This document shows, piece after piece, positions 1 through 7,800 of a stretch of 64,000 nucleotides of DNA (within the stretch, counting starts at the first letter, position 1; each line of letters begins with the position of its first letter). Below the pieces are notes generated by a model. It was not told where the DNA came from, searched no databases, and saw only the letters and a program-made list of their open reading frames with translations. Both the position numbers and the translations under genes were made by a program. The stretch spans positions 55,958 through 119,957 of the forward strand of contig SVJB01000005.1 of NCBI GenBank assembly GCA_015069185.1, in the 5' to 3' direction. Source of the stretch: Oscillospiraceae bacterium (GTDB taxonomy: Bacteria; Bacillota; Clostridia; UBA1212; UBA1255).

Positions 1-20
1 ATTATAAGGGAGATTTTGCT

Positions 21-239
21 ATGGAAACGAAACAACATATAGAATTTTCGACTCCGCCTACAGAACAAACGATATCACGATTTGACCATTGTCCGTGCTT
101 TGCAGCAAGGAGGAGTCTTCTTGCCGCAGAACCAATATGCTGGTTTTGTCGCTTTGCTAAGTTTGACTTATTTGCCGACCAACTGCCGGAGAGTGGTATT
201 TGCAAGTATCCCCTTGAACAAACGGAAATAAAAAGATAA
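21..239 (+). CDS. hypothetical small cysteine-rich protein (72 aa)
   Basis: ORF with an AGGGAG RBS about 7 nt before the ATG. Cys pattern is HCPC..CWFC..C. No family recognised. Confidence 0.4.
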   Translation: METKQHIEFSTPPTEQTISRFDHCPCFAARRSLLAAEPICWFCRFAKFDLFADQLPESGICKYPLEQTEIKR

Positions 240-299
240 CAGGATATCATTGTATTTATAGATATAGTTAATAAATAGAAAGAAAGAGGTAGCCCTATT

Positions 300-1043
300 A
301 TGGAAAAAGAAAAGTCATCCACAACGCATAAAGTGCTTACAATTATAGGTATAGTGCTTTGTGTGATCCTTATACCGATTCTTATTATCAATGTAACCCT
401 TATTATCAAGAGTTACACTAATAAAGATGAAGTACCAGGTATTGGAGGCATCTGTCCGCTTATTGTACTTACAGATTCAATGGATCCCAAAATTAAAAGC
501 GGAGATTTGATATTTGTTCATACTATAGATGGACAGGATGTCAAAGAAAAAGATATTATCGCATTCTTTGATCCTGCCGGCAACGGTACTAGTGTCGTTA
601 CCCACCGAGTTATTGAGATAATTGACGACGGAGATGGCACTGTTTCTTTCCGCACACGAGGTGATAACAACAACACAGACGATAAAGTGTTAGTTCCTGA
701 AGAGAATCTTGTAGGCGAGTATAAAACTCGTATCCCACTGGCCGGCCATGTTGCTATGTTTATGCAAACAACACCGGGCCTCATAGTATGCGTCGTACTT
801 CCTATTATATTATTAGTTGCATACGATATCATTCGTCGCAAAATGTATGAAAAGACGAAGCAAGATGATACTCAGGCTCTGCTAGCGGAACTTGAACGTC
901 TCAAGGCTGAGAAAGCAGCTCAAGAGGCTATGGCTACTGTAGTTAGTGATGCACAGTCTGTAGAGGATACTGTTAGTGTTCCTAACACAGAGGAAACTGC
1001 CGAGGCACAACCTACGGCTGATGCACCTAATGGTGAAAATTAA
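300..1043 (+). CDS. sipW: signal peptidase I, SipW / ER-archaeal (S26B) type, copy 1
   Basis: N-terminal TM, catalytic Ser box LTDSMDP, GDLIFV, THRV (His) and an RGDNNNTDD box. A second TM is followed by a ~70-aa charged/acidic tail. Confidence 0.85.
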   Translation: MEKEKSSTTHKVLTIIGIVLCVILIPILIINVTLIIKSYTNKDEVPGIGGICPLIVLTDSMDPKIKSGDLIFVHTIDGQDVKEKDIIAFFDPAGNGTSVVTHRVIEIIDDGDGTVSFRTRGDNNNTDDKVLVPEENLVGEYKTRIPLAGHVAMFMQTTPGLIVCVVLPIILLVAYDIIRRKMYEKTKQDDTQALLAELERLKAEKAAQEAMATVVSDAQSVEDTVSVPNTEETAEAQPTADAPNGEN

Positions 1044-1063
1044 TTAAACTGTTTATTTCTCCT

Positions 1064-1093
1064 TTGGAAGCCACGTTCCGAGGATGATATAAA
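1064..1093 (+). promoter_or_regulatory. putative sigma-A promoter for the 216-aa subunit gene
   Basis: TTGGAA (1064-1069), 18-nt spacer, then TG (1085-1086) and TATAAA (1088-1093), an extended -10. Confidence 0.4.
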
Positions 1094-1213
1094 AAATGCC
1101 GCGGCATTCTCTGCGGATGGGTTCCCACGTATAGGTAGGATGCCCGGTAAATGTCTTTCTCGGAAGGGGAAGAAATAAAAATATTATTTTATTATGAAAG
1201 GGGTTTTTCGATT

Positions 1214-1864
1214 ATGAAGAAAAACAAAATGATGAGACTTGCTTCCGGTCTTTTGATCGCAGTTCTCCTTACTACATGCGCAATCGCCGGTACATTTGCG
1301 AAGTATACAACAAGTGCAACTGGTAGTGATTCAGCAAGAGTTGCTAAGTGGGGTGTAACAATTACTGCAAATGGCGAAACATTTAAGACCAATTATGATA
1401 ACACTGCTATTAGTGCTGTGGTTGAAGAAGATATTGTTGCTCCTGGTACATCAGGTGACTTAGTTGCTATGACAATTGGAGGAACTCCGGAAGTTAAGGT
1501 TGAAGTTAAATATGAGTCTGTATTGACATTAACAGGTTGGCAATTGGCTGATAGCACAGAGTATTGTCCTATCGTATTCACTGTTGGCAGCCAAACATAT
1601 GGTACAAATGATACTGATGCAACCAATAAGTCAGCAAATATTAACGAGCTGATTACTGCTGTTCAAGGTGCTATTAATGGTTATACAGCAGACTATGATG
1701 CGAATGTTAATCTTGCAACTTATGCTGAAACTCCTGTAGTTTCTTGGGCATGGGCTTATGCAGGAAATGATTCGGCTGATACATATTTAGGAAATCAAGC
1801 TTCTATTGGTAATGCTCCAATTATTTCACTAAGTATTACTACTACTATAACACAGATTGACTAA
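1214..1864 (+). CDS. TasA/camelysin-superfamily secreted protein with SipW-cognate type signal (candidate major fibre subunit, 216 aa)
   Basis: I prefer the internal ATG at 1214 (AAAGGGG RBS) over the track start at 1151. Signal reads MKKNK..LLTTCAIAGTFA|KYTTSATGSDSARVAKWGV. Also has an APGTSGD strand motif, W-x-W-x-Y..ND..D..LGN, and a terminal ITQID resembling the M73/TasA C-terminal f-x-a-t-Q strand. Confidence 0.7.
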   Translation: MKKNKMMRLASGLLIAVLLTTCAIAGTFAKYTTSATGSDSARVAKWGVTITANGETFKTNYDNTAISAVVEEDIVAPGTSGDLVAMTIGGTPEVKVEVKYESVLTLTGWQLADSTEYCPIVFTVGSQTYGTNDTDATNKSANINELITAVQGAINGYTADYDANVNLATYAETPVVSWAWAYAGNDSADTYLGNQASIGNAPIISLSITTTITQID

Positions 1865-1987
1865 TTTCTTTTCACAGAAATTAACAATTAAACGATGATT
1901 ATTCCGCCTGTGCCTACGTGGCCGGCATGGGTGGGTATTATCAAACAAGGACAATTAATTATTAAACTAAGGAAGGAGGGATTGTCC

Positions 1988-2950
1988 ATGAAAAAGAATA
2001 AAAATAGATACTGGATAATACCTCTGATAATTATTTTAGTAATTATTGTTTTTATCAGCGGTATTTTAGTTGGCTCCAGACTCAAACAGTTCACATCTGT
2101 TCAGATGAGTACTGATTTCTACATTAAGCCAAATGTAGCTGGGCAGATTAAAATCACATCTTCAAATAGCGCTGATAAAGGCAATAATAGTACTGCCGCA
2201 CCTGTAACGCCTAAGCCAGATGCTGCTGGAGCAACTGCTAAACCGCAGATTGGTGTAGATATTATGGGTGAGAATCCTGATGGGTCTCTAACAGAAGAGT
2301 TTATTCTCTTTAAGGCACAATATGAGAACGCAACAGGAGAAACTACTGTTAAGTCACTTACCGGAGATAATATAATCGCGCCTGGTACAGAAAATGAATA
2401 CAAAATGCGTATTATTAACACTGGTAACGTAGCTATCGATTACTACATTGATATAGGATCTATTTTCACATACAGTGAAGACTCATATGTATCTCCTCTG
2501 GAGGTTCGCTTGATTGATGCTAGTGGTAAATATCTTATCGGTAGTGAGTCATCTTGGGAAAGGGTAGAGGACTTTAAGGGTGTTACTGATATGGGCACTT
2601 TGGGTCGTAACTCATACTCCTATTACACTCTCCAGTGGAGATGGCCCTTTGAACGAGGCGAAGGCGAAGAAGTTGGGCTAAACGACATGTTAGATACTAT
2701 TATCGCCAATGCAACTGCAAATGTTAACATTGAGGTAGGACTTGAAGTAAACATATATGCTGCTCTTAATCCTGATCCGGATAGCCCAGGAGGAGTAGAG
2801 ATGCCGGAGACCGGCGACAGCAGTTTCTTCTTTATTTGGTTCCTGGTAGCCGGACTTGCATTGTTATTGCTCATCATACTGCCCTTTATCAAGAGGCGCT
2901 CTGACGACGAGGAGGAAGATAACGAAATGGCGGAGGGTACAGTAAGTTGA
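1988..2950 (+). CDS. TasA-like domain protein with N-terminal TM, Pro/Thr/Ala linker and C-terminal LPXTG-like (MPETG) sorting signal
   Basis: ATG at 1988 follows a GGAAGGAGGG RBS. Contains APGTENEY and LQWRWPFERGEGEEVGLNDMLD motifs like its neighbours. MPETG lies at 2801-2815, followed by a hydrophobic stretch, KRR and an acidic 15-aa tail. Confidence 0.6.
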   Translation: MKKNKNRYWIIPLIIILVIIVFISGILVGSRLKQFTSVQMSTDFYIKPNVAGQIKITSSNSADKGNNSTAAPVTPKPDAAGATAKPQIGVDIMGENPDGSLTEEFILFKAQYENATGETTVKSLTGDNIIAPGTENEYKMRIINTGNVAIDYYIDIGSIFTYSEDSYVSPLEVRLIDASGKYLIGSESSWERVEDFKGVTDMGTLGRNSYSYYTLQWRWPFERGEGEEVGLNDMLDTIIANATANVNIEVGLEVNIYAALNPDPDSPGGVEMPETGDSSFFFIWFLVAGLALLLLIILPFIKRRSDDEEEDNEMAEGTVS

Positions 2951-3525
2951 AGAAATTTAGTCTTAAGTCAATTAAAGTCTCTCGTGTCTTACAGATACTG
3001 GCTGTTTGCGTGTGTGGCGCCATACTTGGTGTTAATATTTATCTTGCAAATGCAAAGACTTTTACAAGAAACAGATTGCCTATGCCCTTTGGTATAGGAG
3101 CGGCTACTGTGTTGTCAGGCAGTATGGAGCCCGAGATGTCTAAGGGCGATTTGATATTTGTTAAGAAAACAGATGATATCGCAGTTGACGACATAGTTGT
3201 ATACGATAACGGCAGTGAGCTTATTGTTCACCGAGTTATTAAGATTGAAGATGATATGGTAACTACGCAGGGAGATGCAAATCCTTCTGCTGACGCACCT
3301 ATCAACATCAAATACATTAAGGGAGAGATAGTTTTTACCGTGCCGTTTGTTGGCAAGATAATAGACTTTATCAAAACTCCCGTTGGTACCATTATTATCC
3401 TTGCTCTTGCAATTGCACTGCTTGAGATACCGAGGTTAAGAGAAAAGAAGAAAGATACAGAAGAAATCGATAAGATAAAGGAAGAAATTCGTAAGCTTGA
3501 AGACGAGATAAAGAAAATTGTATGA
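2947..3525 (+). CDS. sipW: signal peptidase I, SipW / S26B type, copy 2
   Basis: TTG start overlaps the previous TGA stop (2947-2950). Has an N-terminal TM, LSGSMEP Ser box, GDLIFV, VHRV and QGDANPSAD, then a C-terminal TM and a K/E-rich coiled tail. Confidence 0.85.
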   Translation: MKKFSLKSIKVSRVLQILAVCVCGAILGVNIYLANAKTFTRNRLPMPFGIGAATVLSGSMEPEMSKGDLIFVKKTDDIAVDDIVVYDNGSELIVHRVIKIEDDMVTTQGDANPSADAPINIKYIKGEIVFTVPFVGKIIDFIKTPVGTIIILALAIALLEIPRLREKKKDTEEIDKIKEEIRKLEDEIKKIV

Positions 3526-3535
3526 GGAGAGCTAA

Positions 3536-4027
3536 ATGGCTGTCATAAAGAAATCAAAATTAAATATTCCTATGACATTGGGCCTTGCTCTACTTTGCCT
3601 TACTCTTGTTTCTATGCATTTTACAGGTGGACTATATGCTCGCTATACAACTAATTCTACAAGCGGAGACTCTGCTCGTGTTGCTGGATTTGACGTGGCT
3701 GACTTAATTAAGCAGGGTGAAAATGAAATAAAAGTGGGTGATCCTATTTACTTGGTGGATTTCAAGCCCGGAGATAGCATTACTTATGATATTAAGCTTA
3801 CTAACAGTAGTGAGGTAGCAGTACAGTATACCATCAGCTATACAACGACAGGTAATCTGCCTCTGGAATACTCGGAAATTTCAGGTACGATGCCGGCAAA
3901 AACTGACGGACAAGTTGAGTCGGATATAGAGTATATAATCAAGTGGGATAGCACTAAGAATGATATCTCACACATAGGTAAGATAGACGTTATACAAATT
4001 ATTGTAAAGATAGAACAGATAGATTAA
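3536..4027 (+). CDS. small TasA-like secreted protein with SipW-cognate type signal (163 aa, candidate minor subunit)
   Basis: GAGGAG RBS. Signal region reads ..HFTGGLYA|RYTTNSTSGDSARVAGFDV. Has an FKPGDSITY motif and a terminal IEQID, the same ending as the 216-aa protein. Confidence 0.65.
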   Translation: MAVIKKSKLNIPMTLGLALLCLTLVSMHFTGGLYARYTTNSTSGDSARVAGFDVADLIKQGENEIKVGDPIYLVDFKPGDSITYDIKLTNSSEVAVQYTISYTTTGNLPLEYSEISGTMPAKTDGQVESDIEYIIKWDSTKNDISHIGKIDVIQIIVKIEQID

Positions 4028-4042
4028 CATTAGGAGCAAACA

Positions 4043-4864
4043 ATGAACGTAAACAGTGAGAAAAAAATAAGAACATATATGTTTTTAATAATAATGTCGT
4101 TGTGTCTGCTTCTTGTTGCAGGTATTGTAGCCAAATATATTCATAACAGAGTAGTAGACGGCAAAATTAATGCGCCTTATTTTTATTTTACAAGTGATAA
4201 ATTAACGGAAACACAAACTACATATACTATGAATTCTGATATAACGTCAATTTCTTTTGATATTGCGAATTGCGCAGATGAGATCAGATATTCCGACATA
4301 GATATTAATTACACAATAACAGTTACAGGTGAAAATCTTGGCTCTGCCATACTGAATGATGGTAGTAATACGGGTACTCAAATAAGTGGCACACTTCAAG
4401 GTAGTATAGTATCTCGTAAGACAATTACACTTGAGAATATGGCGCCCGGTATTACATATACTGTGACAGCTGTAGGTTCAAATGGATTTTCACAGACAAT
4501 ATCTGCTAAGTTTAAGGTAATGGAAGCAGGTGGGGTGTATAAGAATACTGATAAATCCAACGGTGCATATGTGTTGCTTACTGTTTGGGCTATTAAAAAT
4601 GATGGAGTATTGGAAATTAGTTTCCCTGCAGGATTGATTCCGGATAATACAGACCCTGTTATGGCAAGTATATATAATTTTGCAGATGATACGTATAAGG
4701 CAGGAAGTTTTTCTGATAGTATTTCATTTGCTGAGGCAGATAAATCAGCATCTCATGTGTACAGATTCTTTAAGACCGCAGATTATACAGGTGCTACCGA
4801 GTTTACCGTAAAGCTAAAAAAGGATGGAAATGAGATAGAAGCTGTTGAGACGGGGCTAAGCTAA
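4043..4864 (+). CDS. hypothetical exported protein with related N-terminal module (273 aa)
   Basis: TAGGAG RBS. TM/signal reads LLLVAGIVA|KYIHNRVVDGKINAPYFYF, matching the [AG]-G-x-x-A-[KR]-Y pattern of the neighbours. The rest looks beta-rich, and no family is recognised. Confidence 0.5.
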   Translation: MNVNSEKKIRTYMFLIIMSLCLLLVAGIVAKYIHNRVVDGKINAPYFYFTSDKLTETQTTYTMNSDITSISFDIANCADEIRYSDIDINYTITVTGENLGSAILNDGSNTGTQISGTLQGSIVSRKTITLENMAPGITYTVTAVGSNGFSQTISAKFKVMEAGGVYKNTDKSNGAYVLLTVWAIKNDGVLEISFPAGLIPDNTDPVMASIYNFADDTYKAGSFSDSISFAEADKSASHVYRFFKTADYTGATEFTVKLKKDGNEIEAVETGLS

Positions 4865-4877
4865 GAGAGGATAATAT

Positions 4878-7800
4878 ATGAAGAAGAATAAGAGATATTT
4901 ATTATATACATTAGTTTTGGCTGGGTTGATATTCGTCTTGGCGCTAATCAACATGGTATCAGCCGAGGAAGTAAACTATATATATTTTGACTTGGCAGCA
5001 GGTAATGTTGATATTAACAATTCTACATATACAGGGTATATATATGATAGAGAAAACGGTAATAGTAAGGTAACAGTAACAGGAACGCACCATGAATCAA
5101 ACCGCTATTATATCTATCAGTCGTGCTCATATAACACCTCATTTGATGAACACGGGGTGCCACAGTATGAGGCAGTAACATATGATAATAAATCTTGGGG
5201 GGACTATATAACAAATAATACTGATATTACAGGTATTATAGATGCGTGGGATAGTGCTGTAAGCGGAAAGAGAACCCCTACTAAGAATCTGATTAATATA
5301 AAAGTATCCGGTAAGCGTTGTGATCTGACACTGGATAATATTTGGGCTACGTATCAAAAACAAGGAGCTTCTGGGGAAACTCCTCGTAGCGGACTTAATG
5401 TATATAAAGGCAGTACTTTGGGAACTCATGTTCTTGTCCGATTAAAAGGTGATAATCGTTTTGGAAGTATACACTATTACACGGGTAGTTTATCAACGAA
5501 AGATGGTAGTACTCTTGCGTTTACCAGTGATGCCGGTAACGGAAGTAGTTTGGGCACATTGACAGTAATTGGTAGTCAGTCTTTGACAAATTCTAATGGC
5601 AACTACACAGCAGTGCCGGGTAGTAGCAATAACGTAATGACAAACCATTGGGATTCAGTTATTGGTGGCAGTGACAGTACGGATCATGTAAGAGGACTAC
5701 ATTTCTATGGTGGTACGATATATGCAGGATCTACTCCAAGAGAAAACTGTACGACTATCGGCGGTGGCGGTAATGGTATGGGACAGGTGACAATAACAGG
5801 TGGACGTGTTACCGCCGTGGCTCATACTACAGGAACTGCAATTGGTGGTGGTATTGCCCATACATCTTACGGTGGAGACTCTGATGTACTAATCTCAGGC
5901 GGTAAGGTATATGCTTATAATTTTGGACAGCCGGCATACGAAGTTGTTTCTAACTTTGGTACTTCTGATACGGCGGTTATTGCTGCTGCAAAGCATATTG
6001 CAGGTACGGCAATCGGTGGAGGCAGCTCTATTCTTAGCAGTGGTAACAAAAATGCGGCAAAAGTTACAATTACAGGTGGAGAAGTATACGCGCAAAGTCT
6101 TGGTGGTTGTGCTATCGGTGGAGGAAACAGTGTTAATACTACTGCAGGTAGTGCTAATGTTGTTATATCAGGTGGTGTAGTACATGCTCAAAGTACATCT
6201 GAAACTAACTACCAAGGTATAGAAGGATATGACGTAAAGTCATCAGTTGCTATAGGTGGTGGCCGTGGTGGTATCAACGGTAATGGTGGTAATGCTACTG
6301 TTACTATTTCTAACAACGCAGTAGTATATGCCGGTTCAATCGGTGGTGGCGGCACAATAAGCACAAATTCTACAAATAATATTGGTTTTGCAGAGGTAAC
6401 AGTATCCGGCGGTAGCGTCCAGGGCCAGATTATTATGGCAGGCGGTGCTAGTAAAGGATGTACCTTCAAAATGACAGGTGGTACTATTGATAATAAGGAT
6501 CATTTATATACGTTTGTTCAGGATAAGGGTGGCGCCGTATATATTGATGATAACAACGGTGTTGCTACTATCAGCGGTGGTACGATTAAGAATTGTGACG
6601 CGCTGCAAGGCGGCGCTATGTATATGACAGCCGGTAAATTTAATATGTCAGGAGATGCTAAGATTACAGATTGTACTGCAACCCAAGAGGGCGGTGCTGT
6701 ATACCTTGGCGGTGGAACATTTACAATGACCGGTGGATTGTTAAATAACAATGTCTCTAACACAGAAGGCGGTGCCGTATTTGTTACAGGTGGAGAAGTT
6801 ACAATCGGTCAAGCAAACTGTACAGCTGATTCACATCCTGTTATTACAAACAACTATGCACAAAATGGTGGCGCTTTCTATATAGAAGAAAGAACACCTG
6901 TTATGTACTGCGGTACAATTCAAAGCAACCATGCTGATGTAAACGGTGGCGGTATCTGTGTTGAGTCTGGTGGATTCGACCTGTACGATGGTAATATTAT
7001 CGGAAATACTGCAAGTATTGGTGGTGGCGTATACGTTCATGGTGGTAACGTTAATATGACAGATGGATCTGTTTCGGGAAATACTGCAAGTATTGGTGGC
7101 GGTATTGCTGTTAACGGTGGTAACGTGACTATTAGAGATGGAAACGTTGATAATAACAGAGCTACAGCCGGCGCAGGCGGAGGAATATACGCTGCTTCTG
7201 AAGGAAATGACGTATCAATCTTAATCACAAGTGGCTCTGTAAGTGGTAATACTGCTTTTGCAGATGGAGGCGCGGTTGCCGTTCTTGGAGACAAGAATGA
7301 TACTGAAGACATCACTGTTACAATTGGTTTAAATGAGAATCACAGACTGGTAGATTGTCAGCACAATTCTGAAAATGCGGATTACAAGGATTGCCCTGTG
7401 ATTGAGAATAACCGTTCCGGAGCAAGTGGTGGTGCTTGCTATATAACGGGTAGTATAAATGCAAGGCTGAATTTGTTCTGTTTGACTGAAAATAATAACG
7501 CATGTGAATCTGATGGCGGACTTAGTAATTTCCTTATGGTAGAGGGTGGTAAAGTTATATTAACTACATCCAAAAAAATAGAGGAGGATAATCAAGACGA
7601 TGATCATGGAAATGCTATTATACACAACACGATTCATATTGTAGGCGGACAGATGGATATTTATGGTTCGATGCTCAACCCTAAGACCGAAGGAGATATA
7701 ACAGTTGAGGTGCAGGAAGTAAATAATGATGATGCCGCAAAGAATGACTATTATTGGGATCATCGATTTAATATAGATGAAAACAATAAGATATATAAGG

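Noticed and set aside
1095-1170. Assigning the fibre-gene leader to the c-di-GMP-I/II or fluoride riboswitch classes
   Set aside because: Only short chance-level similarities to remembered consensus sequences (GGUAGG, GAUGG) are present. The ACGCAAAGC / GCAACCG-type cores are missing. It is kept as an unclassified structured leader.
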